This document shows, one piece after another, positions 37,401-50,337 of a stretch of 64,000 nt of DNA. Within the stretch, counting starts at the first letter, position 1, and each line of letters begins with the position of its first letter. The stretch comes from Felis catus. Its lineage: Eukaryota. Under the pieces are notes generated by a model. The model did not search any database and had not been told where the DNA came from. It saw nothing but the letters and a program-made list of their open reading frames with translations. Both the position numbers and the translations under genes were made by a program. Location: assembly GCF_018350175.1 (NCBI RefSeq), contig NC_058368.1:85438001-85502000 (forward strand). Reading direction: 5' to 3'.

Positions 37401-38561
37401 TATATTTGGGTCATCTCCCTTTTCTTTTTGAGAAGCCTGGCTAGAGGCTTATCAATTTTGTTTATTTTTTCAGAAAACCATATCTTGGTTTCATTGATCT
37501 GCTTTACAGTTTTTTTAGATTCTATGTTGTTTATTTCCACTCTGATCTTTATTATTTCTCTTCTGCTGGGTTTGGGGTGTCTTTGCTGTTCTGTTTCCAT
37601 TTCCTTTAGGTGTGCTGTTAGATTTTCTATTTGGGATTTTTTCTTGTTTCTTGAGATAGGCCTGAATTGCAATGTACTTTCCTCTCAGGACCTCCTTTGC
37701 TGTATCCCAAAGCATTTGGATTGTATTTTCATTTTAATTTGTTTCCATATATTTCTTAATTTCTTCTCTAATTGCCTGGTTGACCCACTCATTCTTTAGT
37801 AGGGTGTTCTTTAACATCCATGCTTTTGGAGGTTTTTCAGACTTTTTCCTGTGCTTGATTTCAAGTTTCATAGCATTGTGGTCTGAAAGTATGCGTGGTA
37901 TGATCTCAATTCTTGTATACTTATGAAGGGCTGTTTTGTGACACAGTATGTGATCTCTCTTGGAGAATGTTCCAAGTGCACTCGAGAAGAAAGTATATTC
38001 TGTTGCTTTGGGATGCAGAGCTCTAAATATATCTGTCAAATCCATCTGATCCAATGTATCATTCAGGGCCCTTGTTTCTTTATTGACCGTGTGTCTAGAT
38101 GATCTATTCATTACTGTAAGTGGAGTGTTAAAGTCCCCTGCAATTACCACATTCTTATCAATGAGGTTGCTTATGTTTGTGATTAATTGTTTTATATATT
38201 TGGGGGCTCCCATATTCGGCACATAGACATTTATAATTGTTAGCTCTTCCTGATGGATAGACCCTGTAATGATTATATAATGCCCTTCTGCATCTCTTGT
38301 TACAACCTTTAATTTGAAATCTAGTTTGTCTGATATAAGTATGGCTGCTCCAGCTTTCTTTTGACTTCCAGTGGCATGATAAATAGTTCTTCATCCCCTC
38401 ACTTTCAATCTGAAGGTGTCCTCAGGTCTAAAATGAGTCTCTTGTAGACACCAAATAGATGGGTCTTGTTTTTTTATCCGTTCTGATACCCTATGTCTTT
38501 TGGTTGGAGCATTTAGTCCATTTATATTCAATGTTATAGAAAGATATGGGTTCAGAGTCAT
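34490..38561 (-). pseudogene. ORF2: L1 ORF2 (endonuclease/reverse transcriptase), disrupted
   Basis: [56 protein letters not shown] and C-terminal HCWW..LVQPLW. Broken into several ORFs by frameshifts, stops and a SINE. Confidence 0.95.
36880..37121 (+). mobile_element. CanSINE inside the ORF2 of the young L1
   Basis: TSD AAATGTCTGGTAGA at 36866-36879 and 37122-37135. Confidence 0.97.
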
Positions 38562-38609
38562 TGTGATGTCTGTAGGTTTCACTTTTGTAGTGATGTCTGT
38601 GGTACTTTG

Positions 38610-39498
38610 TCTCATAGGATTCCCCTTAGGATCTCTTGTAGGGCTGGTTTAGTGGTGATGAATTCCTTCAGTTTTGTTTGTTTGGGAAGACCTTTATCTC
38701 TCCTTCTATTCTAAATGACAGACTTGCTGGATAAAGGATCCTCGGCTGCATATTTTTTCTGTTCATCACATGGAAGATTTCCTGCCATTTCTTTCTGGCC
38801 TGGCAAGATTCAGTAGATAGATCCGTCACTAGTCTTATTGGTCTCCCTTTATATGTTACAACATATTTATCCCTAGCTGCTTTCGGAATTTTCTCTTTAT
38901 CCTTGTATTTTGCCAGTTTCACTATGATACATCATGCAGAAGATCAATTCAAGTTACGTTTGAAGGGAATTCTCTGTGCTTGTTGGATTTCAATGCCAGT
39001 TTCCTTCCCTGATGTGGGGAGTTCTCAGCTATGATTTGTTCAAGTACACCTTCAGCACCTTTCTCTCTCTCTTCCACCTCTTGAGTCCCTATTATACGGA
39101 TATTATTAGGTGTCATCACATCACTTAGTTCTGTAATTCTCCCCTCATACTCCTGGATTTTTTAATCTCTCTTTTTCTCAGCTTCTTCTTTTTCCATAAT
39201 TTTATCTTCTAATTCACCTATTCTCTCCTCTGCCTCTTCAATCCAAGCTGTGGTCGCCTCCATCTTATTTTGCACCTCATTTATATCATTTTTTAGCTTC
39301 TCCTGACTGTTTCTTAGTCCCTTGATCTCTGTAGCAATAGATTCTCTTCTCTATACTTTTATCAAGCCCAGCGATTAATTTTATGACTATTATTTTAAAT
39401 TCATTTTCTGTTATATTGCTTAAATCGTTTTTGATCAATTCGTTAGTTATTGCTACTTCCTGGAGTTTCTTTTGAGGAGAATTCCTCCGTTTCATCAT
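38610..39498 (-). pseudogene. ORF1: L1 ORF1, disrupted
   Basis: MMKRRNSPQKK start and YKGRPIRLVTDLS..PRILYPASLSFRIEGEIKVF. Confidence 0.92.
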
Positions 39499-40605
39499 TT
39501 TGTATAGTACGTGCAGTGGTGGGAAACTGCAGGGCTCTTCCCCTGTGATGTTTGGAGCAACTTGTGTTGGTGGGCGGGGCCACAGTCAGAACTGATGTCT
39601 GTCCCCAGCCCGCTGCTGGGTCCACAGTCAGACTGGTGTATACCTTATCTTCCCCTCTTCCAGGGGAAGGACTCAATGTGGAGTGGTGTGGTCCCTGTAT
39701 GGGCTACTTGCACATTGCCAGGCTTGTGATCCTGCTTCTGTGGGATCTGGCATATTAGCTGGGGTGGACCCACAAGGTACACAGGTGCGGGAGGGGCAGA
39801 CTCAGCTCGCTTTGCTTCAGTGGTCACCTGTGGAAGAGGTCCTGTGGCATGGGAGGAAGACAGACCTTGCTGTGGGATGGATCCACAGAAGCACAGCATT
39901 GGGTGTTTGCACCGTGAAAGCAAGTTCCGTGAGGGCAACTGGTTCCTTTTGGGATTTTGGCTGGGGGATGGATGAGGAAGATGGTGCTTCCCGGTGCCTT
40001 TGTTCCCCGTGGAGCTGAGCTCTGTCCTCTGGGGCTCAGCAATCTCCCTCCCATTGCCTTCTAGCCCTCCTGGTCTCTGAGCAGAGCTGTTGACTTATAA
40101 CATTCCAGATGTTAAGTCCAGCCACTCCGTCTGGCCCCTCCACTTTTGCAAGTCAGAGTCAGGTGCTCTGTGTTGCCAGGCAGGCTGCCCCTCCACCGCC
40201 CGGCTCCCTCCCACTGGTCCGTGTAGCGCGCACCACCTCTCCACCCTTTCTACCCTCTTCCATGGGCCTCTTATCTACTTGGCTCTGGAGAGTCCATTCT
40301 GCTAGTCTTTTGGTGGTTTTTTGGGTTATTTAGGCAGATGTGGTGGAATCTAAGTAATCAGCAGGACGCAGTGAGCCCAGCATCCTCCTACACCACCATC
40401 TTCAATCCTCTGATCTGTAAATACCTTTTTTTTTCTTTTCTTCTTTATTCATTAATCAGTCAATGCACACCTAGGCTGTTTCCATAATTTAGCTATTGTA
40501 TATAATGCTGCTATGAATATTGGGGTGAATGTATCCCATTGAATTAGTATTTTTGTTGTATTTGGGTAAACACCTAGTACTGCAATTGCTGGATCTTGGG
40601 GTAGT

Positions 40606-40830
40606 TTTTTTTTAATGTTTATTTATTTTTGAGAAGGAGATAGAGCATAAACAGGGGAGAGGCAGAGAGAGAGGGACACACAGAATCCGAAATAGGCTCC
40701 AGGCTCAAACTGTCAGCAGAAAGCCTGATGCAGGGCTCAATCTTACGAACCATGAAATCATGACCTGAGCTGTGAGATAATGACCTGAGCTGAAGTCTCA
40801 CGTTTAACCAACTGAGCCACCCATGCGCCC
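40606..40830 (-). mobile_element. CanSINE with a small internal tandem duplication
   Basis: TSD GGGTAGTT. ATGACCTGAGCTG occurs twice at about 40760-40792. Confidence 0.92.
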
Positions 40831-41402
40831 CAGGGTAGTTCTACTTTTCATTTTTTGAGGAACCTTCATATTGTTTTCCAGAGTGGCTGCACCAGTTTGC
40901 ATTTCCACCAACAGTTTCAAGTGTTCCCCTTTCTCTGCATCTCACCAATGCCTATTGTTTCTTAGGTTGTTGATTTTAGCCATTCTAACAGATGCAAGGT
41001 TTTGATTTGCATTTCCCTGATGATCAGTGATATTGAGAATTTTTTCATGTGTCTGATGGCTATTTGTATGTCTTTTTTTAGAGAAACATCGGTTCCTGTC
41101 TTCTGCCCGTGTTTAATTGGATGATTCATTTTGGGGGTGTTAAGTTTTATAACTTCTATGAATATGTTGGATGATAACGCTTTATCAGATATATCATTTT
41201 AAAGCATCTTATCCTATTTCATGGGTTGGTTTTTAATATATTTTATTATTGATTGTATCCTTCACTGTGCAGATCCTTTTTGTTTTGATGAAGCACCAAT
41301 AGTTTTGTTTTGTTTTTGCTTTTGTTATTGTTATTGTTATTGTTATTGTTTTGCTTTTGCTGCCTTTGCCTCAGGAGTAATATCTAGAAAGAAGTTGCTT
41401 AT

Positions 41403-41620
41403 GGGGCGCCTGGATGTCTCAGTCATTTGAGTGTCTGACTTTGGCTCAGGTCATGATCTTGTGGTTCATGAGTTGGACCCCTGCATCAGGCTCTGTGCTG
41501 ACACCTCAGAACCTAGAACCTATTTCAGATTCTGTTTCTCCCTCTCTCTGCCCCTGTCTTGCTTATGCTCTGTTTATCTCTGTCTCTCAAAATAAACATT
41601 AAAATAACTTAGAAAAAACA
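41403..41620 (+). mobile_element. CanSINE
   Basis: GGGGCGCCTGGATGTCTCAG head with flanking AAGTTGCT duplication. Confidence 0.92.
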
Positions 41621-42246
41621 AGTTGCTACAACCAAATTCAAAGAAGTTAATTTCTGTGTTTTCTTCTATAATTTTTATGGTTTCAGGTCTCAAATTAAGG
41701 TCTTTAATCCATTTAGAATTTATTTTGTGTATGGTGTATGAATGTGGTCCAGTTTTATTTTACTGCATGTTACTATCTAGTTTTCCCATGTTTACCATTT
41801 GTTGAAAAGACCGTCTTTTTCTCACTGGATATAATTTCTTGCTTTGTCAAAACCCAATTTACCATACAATTGTGGGTTCATTTCTGGGTTTTCTTTTCTG
41901 TTCCATTGATCTATTTTTATTTTTATGCCAGTGCCATATTATTCTGATCACTAAAGCTTTGTCATATACCTTGAAGTCCAGAATTGTGATGCTTCCAGCT
42001 TTACTTTTGTTTTTCAAGGTTGTGTGGCTATTTGTGGTCTTTGTGGTTCCATATAAATTTTTGGATTGTTTCTTCTAGCTCTCTGAAACATGCTGTTGGT
42101 ATTTTGATAGGGATTGCATTAAAAGTGTAGATTCTTTGTGTAGTATAGATATTTAAGTAATATTTGTTCTTCCAATCCATAAACATGGAGTGTCTTTCAA
42201 TATCTTTGTGCCTTCTTCAATTTCTTTCATCAGTGTTTTATGCTTT

Positions 42247-42456
42247 AAAAAAATTAAATGTTTTATTTATTTTTGACAGAGGGAGAGATAGAGCATGAGC
42301 AGAGGAGGGGCAGAGAGAGAGGGAGACACAGAATCTGAAGCAAGCTCCAGGATCTGAGCTGTCTGAGCCCTGAAACAGGGCTCGAACTCACAGACTGTGA
42401 GATCATGACCTGAGTTGAAGTCGGGCACTCAACAGACTGAGCCACCCAGGTGCCCC
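42247..42456 (-). mobile_element. CanSINE
   Basis: TSD CAGTGTTTTATGCTTT / CAGTGTTTTATACTTT. Confidence 0.94.
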
Positions 42457-42785
42457 CAGTGTTTTATACTTTTAAGAATACAGGTCTTTCACCTTCTTGG
42501 TTAGGTTTATTCCTAGGTATCTTATTGTTTTGGGTGCATTTGTAAATGGGATTTATTTCTTAATTTCTTTTTCTGGTGCTCCATTATTAGTGTATGTCTA
42601 TAAATTAAACAGATATCTGTGTGTTGATTTTTTGTCCTGTGTATTTTCTGAATTCATTTCTTACTTCTTGTATTTTGTTGGTGGGGCTTTTCAGGTTCTA
42701 TATAGAGTATCATCCCAGCTGCAAATAGTGGAAGTTTACTTCTTCCTTGAGGATTTGAATGCACTTTTTTGTTTTGTTTTGTTTG

Positions 42786-42816
<31 letters not shown>

Positions 42817-44068
42817 GGTCTGATTACTGTGGCCTGGCCCTCTACTCTTCTACTACTATGTTTAATAGCATCGATGAGAGTGGACATCCCTGTCTTTTTC
42901 CTGACTGTAGAGGAAAAGCTGTCAGGGTTTCCTTATTGAAGATGATACTTGATGTGGGATTTTTATATATGGACTTTATGATGTTGAGATATGTTTCTTC
43001 TAACCATACATTCTTGAGTTTTTTTTTTTTTGTCATGAATGGATGTTTTACCTTGTCAAATGCTTTGTCTGCATCTATTGAAATGCTTTTCAGTATTCTC
43101 CTTTCTTTTATTAATATAATGAAATTAATTGATAGTCTTGCAAATATTGAACCAATCTTGCAACCCAGGAATAAATCTCATTTGATCATGGTTAATGTCT
43201 TTTTTTAATGTAATATTGGATTTGTTTTTCTAGAATTTTGTTGAGAATTTTTACATCCATGTTCTTCAAGGATATTGGCCTGTGGTTCCCTTTTCTAATG
43301 GTATTTCTATCTGGTTTTGGTGTCAGGGTAATGCTGACCTCATAGAATGGATTTGGAAATTTTCTTTCCTATTCTATTTTTTGAATAGTTTGAAAAGACT
43401 AGATATTAATTCTCCTTTAAATATTTAGCATAATTTGCCTGTGAAACCATCTGGCCCTGGACTTTGTTTGTTGGTAGTGTTTTCATTAGTGATTCAATTT
43501 CTTTGCAGACAGTTGGTCTGTTCAAGTCTTCTATTTCTTCCTGTTTCAATTTGGTAGTTTATGTTTCTATAAACTTATCTATTTCTTCAAGGATGTCTAT
43601 CTTGTTGGCATATAGTTTTTCATGATATTCTCTTATAATTCTTATTTTCAGTGGTGTCAGTTGTTATTTCTCCTCTCTTATTTGTGATTTTATTTATTTA
43701 ATTCCTTGTTTTGTATTTTTGATAAGTCTGGATAGAGGCTTATTATCAATCTTCTTTTTTTCCCCCAAACAATCAGCTCCTGGTTTTATTGTTGTGTTCT
43801 GTTGTGTTTTTATTTCTTTGAGATTTTATGCCATTTATTTATTGTTTGATCTTTTATTTATTTATTTCCTTCTGCTGGCTTTAGGCTTTGTTTTTTGTTA
43901 TTTTTGTAGCTCCTTTAGGTATAAGGATAGATTGTTTATTTGAGATTTTTCTTGCTTCTTGAGGTAGACCTATAGTGCTACATACTTCTCTTCTGATACT
44001 ACTTTTGCTGCATTTCAAACTATTTCAATCATTGCCGTTTCATTTTCATTTGATTCATGTATTTTTTT

Positions 44069-44274
44069 TCAACTTTTTTATTTATTTTTGGGACAGAGAG
44101 AGACAGAGCATGAGCGGGGGAGGGGCAGAGAGAGAGGGAGACACAGAATCGGAAACAGGCTCCAGGCTCTGAGCCATCAGCCCAGAGCCTGACGCGGGGC
44201 TCGAACTCACGGACTGCGAGATTGTGACCTGGCTGAAGTCGGACGCTTAACCGACTGCGCCACCCAGGTGCCCC
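44069..44274 (-). mobile_element. Young felid SINE (SINEC_Fc)
   Basis: TSD TGATTCATGTATTTTTT. Confidence 0.97.
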
Positions 44275-45414
44275 TGATTCATGTATTTTTTAAATTTACT
44301 TCTTGATTTCCCAGTTGACCCATTCATGGTTTAATATCATGTAACTTAACCTCCATGTATTTGTGGTATTTCCAATTTTTTATTGTGGCTAACTTCTAGT
44401 CATAGCATTCTGGTCAAAGAATGTGAATGGTATGACTTCAGTCTTTTTGCATTTGTTGAGGCCTGTTTTGTTACATAACATGTGATCAAATCTGGAGACT
44501 ATTCCATGTGCACTTGAAAAAAAAAGTGTATTCTGCTGTTTTAAGATGGATTGTTCTGAATATAGCTGTTAGGTCCATTGGGTCCAGTGTGTCATTTAAA
44601 GCCATTGTTTCCTTGTTGATTTTCTGTTTAGATGATCTGTCCATTTCTGTATGTGGGGTGTTAAAGTTCCCTACTATTATTGCATTATAATCAATTAGTT
44701 CCTTTATATTCATTACTAAAAATTTTATGTATCTGGGCATCTCCATGTTGAGTGTATAAATATTTATAATTGTTAGATCTTCTTGTTGGATTGTCCCCTT
44801 TATTGTGATGTCATGCTCTTCTTTGTCTCTTGTCACAGTCTTTGTATTAAAGTCTAGTTTGTCTGATATAGGTGTTACTACTCTGGCTTTCTTTGACATC
44901 CATTTGTATGATGAATGATTCTCCATTCCCTCATTTTCAGTCTTTAGGTGTCTTTAGGTCTAAAATGAGTTTCTTTTAGGCAGCGTATAGATGGGCCTTT
45001 TTTTTTTTCTTTTTGCACATCTTGACACTGTATATCTTTTGACTGGAGAATTAGTCTATTTACATTCAGAGTAATTATTGATAGATATCTATTTATTGCC
45101 ATTTTATTACTTGTTTTGTCATGGTTTCTGAAGATTTCCTCTGTTCCTTTCTTGTTTTTGTTGCTGTTGGTCTCTCCTTTCCACACAAATCATCCCCGTT
45201 AGTGTGTCTTGCATTGCTGCTTCAGTGGTCACAAACTATTATAGTTTTTGTTTGTCTGGGAAGTTCTTTATCTCTCCTTTTATTCTGAATGATAGCCTTG
45301 CTGAGTAGTTTTCTTGGTTGCAGATATATATATACTTTTTTCCATTCAGCACTTTGAATATATCATGCCACTCCTTTCTGGCTTGCCAAGTTTCTGCTAA
45401 GAAACCTCCAGCTA

Positions 45415-45619
45415 GGGGCGCCTGGGTGGCGCAGTCGGTTAAGCGTCCGACTTCAGCCAGGTCACGATCTCGCGGTCCGTGAGTTCGAGCCCCGCGTCAG
45501 GCTCTGGGCTGATGGCTCGGAGCCTGGAGCCTGTTTCTGATTCTGTGTTTCCCTCTCTCTCTGCCCCTCCCCCGTTCATGCTCTGTCTCTCTCTGTCCCA
45601 AAAATAAATAAAAACATTG
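45415..45619 (+). mobile_element. Young felid SINE (SINEC_Fc), almost no polyA tail
   Basis: TSD AGAAACCTCCAGCTA at 45400-45414 and 45620-45634. Confidence 0.97.
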
Positions 45620-48029
45620 AGAAACCTCCAGCTAGCCTTGTAGGTCTTCCTTTATAACTTAAGGACTTATTTTGCCTTTCTGCTTTTAAGATTTTTGCTT
45701 TATCATTATATTTTTAAATTTAATTACAATATGTCTTTGTGTTAGCCTATTTTTGTTGATTTTGATGACAGTTCTCTGTTCCTCCAGGATCTGGATGTCT
45801 ATTTTCTTACCAAGATTAGGGATGTTTTCAGCTATTATTTCCTCAAATACATTTTCTGCACCATTTTCTCTCTTTTCTTATTCTGGAATTCCTATGATAG
45901 GAATGTTATTACACTTGATCAAATCACAGAGTTTCCTATATCTATTCTCAAGTTCCACAATTCTTCCTCCTCACTTTTGTTCAGCTTCATTATTTTCTAT
46001 TCTTTTGTCTTCTGTATCACTTATTTCTTCCTCTGCCTTTTCCATCCTAATGTTCATTGCATCAAGCCTGTTTCCATTCATAGTTTTTGCATTCTTAATT
46101 ACTGACATTATTTTTACCTCTTTTATCTTTGAGGTATGGGTCTCTTTAATGTATTTTATTATTTTCTGAATCTCAGTGAGTATCATGGTTGTTGCTTTAA
46201 ATTCCCCATCAAGCATGCTATTTATATCTGTTTTGCTCAGTTGTTTGGCCCTGATCTTATCTTGTTCTTTAATTGGTATGGATTTCTTTGTATTGGTGTT
46301 TTGTCTAACTCTCTGCTTTCTTCTGTGTGAAGTAAAGTCCTTTATATCTCCTGCTCCTGAGAGTAATGGCTTTATGAAGAAGAGATCATGCCGTGTCCAG
46401 GGCCTCATTCTTCAGGGAATGTCTCTGGTGTGTGTTGTGTGCACTCTGCTATTGTGTTTTGGCTGGTGAATCATTCAGATAAGCTGTCTGCAGAGGCTTT
46501 CCTTGCCTGCAGTTTTCAGTGTTTGGGTCTTCATGAGAATGTGGTGATTTTTGACTAGACGTCCTCTGTCTGCTTATTAAATGAAACTTGCCCTGCAGAC
46601 CTCTCTGGTTGGGAGATATAGTGTGGGCAGGAGTTTGTGTTGGTCTTTACAGAAAGGGGTCTCTGCACTTGGACTGAGGCAAGCTTGACTGAGAAAGACA
46701 ATTCTGTCAGGGCAAAGGGGTGTGGAGTTTGATGTAACCAAGTTACATAGCCAGTGTTGTCACTGCACTATTTCCAGCAGGTGGCTCTGTGGTTGTGCTG
46801 ACGGGTGCTGAAGGGAAATTGTGCTAGCCAGCTCCTTTGTCCCTGAAGAGGTGTCTCCATGAATTCTGACTTTCAGGTATGCTCTCCAAAAAAAAGCAAT
46901 CTTTCTCTTGTATGTATCAGGGGATTTTCAGATTGTTGTTTCCACACTACTTGCCTCCTAGTTGTTTGCCTGCCTCTCTCTAGAGGTAGCACAGTGCCCT
47001 CCAGGCTGCCTACCCCTCAATCCTACTGACTTTTAAAACCCCAGGAATTAGGGAAGTCGTGTGGAGAGGGGCTTGCCCTGGTCTTCTGGGGAAGGGCGCA
47101 GCTGCATTGGGGCTCAAATAAGCATGACAAAGAAGGGCAGTCCCAATAAAGCAGAGGAGGGTGGGGCTTAGTATATGCAAGCTAGGCAGCATGTGTAAAC
47201 CCTGAGTTCCTTCCAACAGGTGGCTTTGTGCTTATTGACAAGCAGGGGAGAAAATTATCTCCAGCCAGCTCCTTTATCTCTGGAAAGGAGTCTCCATGAA
47301 TGCTGCATCTCAGGGACATGTGACAAAAAGAGTGAATAATCGCCTCCCTGTGTGCCCCAGGTATTCTTTAAATTGCTGTTTCCATGATGTCTGCCCCTGG
47401 GATATTTTCCTGCCTTCTCTCCAGGAACAACACAGTGACCTCAAGGCTCTATCCCGGTTGAACCTAGTACCTTTCAACCTCTAGATTTAAAGCCCTACTA
47501 GTTTCAAGAACTCAGGCAAATCAGCCCTTCTCATTTGCCCAACAACAAGTTTAGGAAAATGTTCTCCTTGTGTGCTTCACTTTCTCATGTGCTTCTCTGC
47601 ATCCATGGCTCCTTCCACTTTTTATCATTTCTGATCTGTGTCTCCTGACCCATGTCTCCATACTTCCTATCTTCTTTGAGGTGGTTTCTTTCCCTTTAGT
47701 TGTGAAATTTGTCCTGCCATTCTTCAGGTTGATGTCTGTGATATTTAGAATAATTTGATAGTTACCTACTTGTATTCATGGGTTGAAAGGAGCCTAGGGT
47801 CCCTTATTCTGCTGACATCTTCCTGAAGCTCTGTATTGATGCCTTTTGCTGCCTGCCACTCTCCATTTCACCAAGGTCTTAGCCTGCAACCTTAGGATTA
47901 AAGATTTCCAGTGAGTCTCTAGCCCACACAAATGACCTGTCCAGTGCCTTTAGGCCTTCACCAGGATTTTCTGCTAAACTGCATCCAACGCTCTAGCTTC
48001 CACATTACCCACTAGAAGTGCAAACTCTG

Positions 48030-50335
48030 AATGATTTATTTAATATATTTGTGGATTTGGTTTCCTAATATTTTATTGAGAACTTTTGAATTTATGGTTA
48101 TCAGAGATTTGGATTTGTAGTATTCTTTTTTATTCTGTTTTTTTTTTTTTGTCTCAGAATGATGCTGACATAGAATATTTGGCAGTTTTCCTTCCTCTTC
48201 ATTTGTTGTTAGTGTAATTTGAGAATAGGTATTAATTCTTCCTTAAATGTCTCTTAGAATTCACCTGTGAAGCCATCTATTCTTCAACTTTTGTTTATTC
48301 GGTTTTTCAGTGGTCTACATGTATATATGTATATTTTTTCTTTTATGATTTCTTTGTTGACCCATTTATTGTTTAGTAGCATGTTACTTAGCCTCATGTA
48401 TTGATGTCCTTCCAATATTTTTTCATGTAGTTTGATTTCTAATTTCATAGCATTGTGATCAGAAAAGATACATGGTATAATTTCAAAGTCTTTTAATTTG
48501 TTGAGTCTTGTTTTGTGGCTTAACTTGTGATCCCTTCTGCAGACTGTTCCATGTGCATATGAAAATATATGTATTCTGTTTTGGGTTAGAAAGTTCTTAA
48601 TATATTTGTTAGATTCATCTTGTCCAATGTGTCATTCAAAGCCATAGTTTTCTTTTGATTTTCTGTCAATGGGAAATCCATTGATGTTAGTGGTGTGTTA
48701 ACAACTTGTACCATTATTTTATTACTGTCACCATCTTCCTTTATGTCTGTGAATAATTCTTTTATAAGTGAGGTGCTCATGTGTGCATAAATTTTTATAC
48801 TATTTATGTCTTTTTGTTGATTTTTATAATTATGTAGTGACTTTCTTTGTCTCTCTTTTTGTTAATGTTTATTTATCTTTGACAGAGAGAGAGACAGAGC
48901 ATGAGCAGGGGAAGGACAGAGAGAAAGGGAGACACAGAATCCGAGGCAGGCTTCAGGCTCTGAGCTGTCAGCACAGAGCCCGACATGGGGCTCGAACTCA
49001 CAGACCACGAGATCATGACCTGAGCTGAAGTCAGATGCTCAACCAACTCAGCCACCCAGGCACCCCAGTTCGTCTCGTGGTACAGCCTTTACTTTAAAGT
49101 TGACTTTGTATGATTTCACTACTGTTTAATTACTGTTATACCTAACTCTGCTCATTTTTAATAAGGTTGGGGTGTGTGTGTTGAGTTGTACAATCTCTTT
49201 ACACATATATTGAAGATTAACACTTTATCAGATATGTCATTTGTAAATATCTACTTTTTTTGGTAGGTTGTGTTTTGTTTTTGTTTTTAGTTTGTTTGCT
49301 TGCTTTCATTCACCGTGAAAAGCATTTTATTTTGATATATTCCTTATAGTTTATTTTTGCTTTTGTTTTCACTTCCTTAAGAAGACATATATGGATAAAT
49401 GTTGCCATGCCTTATGTCAAAAAAAAAAATAATTCCTGTTTTCTATTCTAGCATTTAATGGTTTCAGGTGATACATTTAGGTCTTTAATCTATTTTGAAT
49501 TTGTTTTTGTGTTTAGTATTAACAAGTGGTCCAGTTTAATTCTTTTGTATTTAGTTATACACTTGTCTCAGCATCAGTTATTGAAGAAGCTGTCTTTTCC
49601 CCATTGTATATTCTTGCCTCCATTGTTATATTTCAATTGACCATATAATGGTGGGCTTATTTCCAGATATCTTAAAATCTGGAATTGTGATACATCCATC
49701 TCTGTTTTTCTTTCTCAAGATTACTTTGGTATTTCAGGGTCTTTTGTGGTTCCATGCAAATTTTAGTGTTATTTCTTTTATTTTTGTAAAAAATATTGTT
49801 TATATTTTTACAGGTTTTGAATTGAATCTGCAGATTGCTTTGCATAGTATGGACTTGTTGAAAATATTAATTCTCCCAATCCATGAGATGAAATATCTTT
49901 CTAGTTGTTTGTGTCATCTTCAATTTATTTAATTGGAGTTTTATAGTTTTCAGTGTACAGATTTTTCATCTCTTTGGGTAAGTACATTCATATCTGTTTT
50001 ATATTTGGGGGAACAATTTGAATGGACTAATTTTCTAATTTCTCTTTCTCTTTAAAAAAATTTAATGTTTTATTTGCTTTTGAGAGAGAGAGACAGAGAC
50101 AGAGACAGAGACAGAGACAGAGACTGAGTACAAGCAGGGAAGGGGCAGAGAGAGAGGGAGACACAGAATCCAAATCAGGCCAGGCTCTGTCAACACAGAG
50201 CTTGACACAGGGATTGAACTTGTGTACCCTGAGATCATGACCTGAGTTGAAGTTGGATGCTTATCCAACTGAGCCACCCAGATTCCTTTCTAATTTCTCT
50301 TTCTGCTACTTCATTATTAGTAAATAGAAATGGTA
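48030..50335 (-). mobile_element. Fragmented L1 ORF2 pieces with CanSINEs at about 48856-49066 (-) and 50052-50286 (-)
   Basis: Antisense EN and RT/C-terminal ORF2 motifs (MALNDTLDKMNLTNILRTF). SINE heads and tails are visible. Confidence 0.82.
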
Positions 50336-50337
50336 CC

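Larger units (their letters stand above)
34249..40440 (-). mobile_element. Young full-length felid L1 (L1_Fc-like), inactive
   Basis: TSD TTCTTTATTCATT at 34236-34248 and 40441-40453. PolyA tail, 5' end GAAGATGGTGGTGTAGGAGGATG, ORF1 and ORF2 in order. Confidence 0.96.
33820..47823 (-). mobile_element. Full-length older carnivore L1 (3' end 33820-34248, remainder 40441-47823), split by a younger L1 and five SINEs
   Basis: The 3'UTR resumes exactly after the TSD at 40441. ORF2 EN fragments at 44486-45186, an ORF1 fragment at 45971-46408, and the 5' terminus GCCTAGGGTCCCTTATTCTGCTGACATCTTCC. Confidence 0.88.

Noticed and set aside
34249..40440. Retrotransposition-competent L1
   Set aside because: ORF1 and ORF2 are both fragmented, and a SINE interrupts ORF2.
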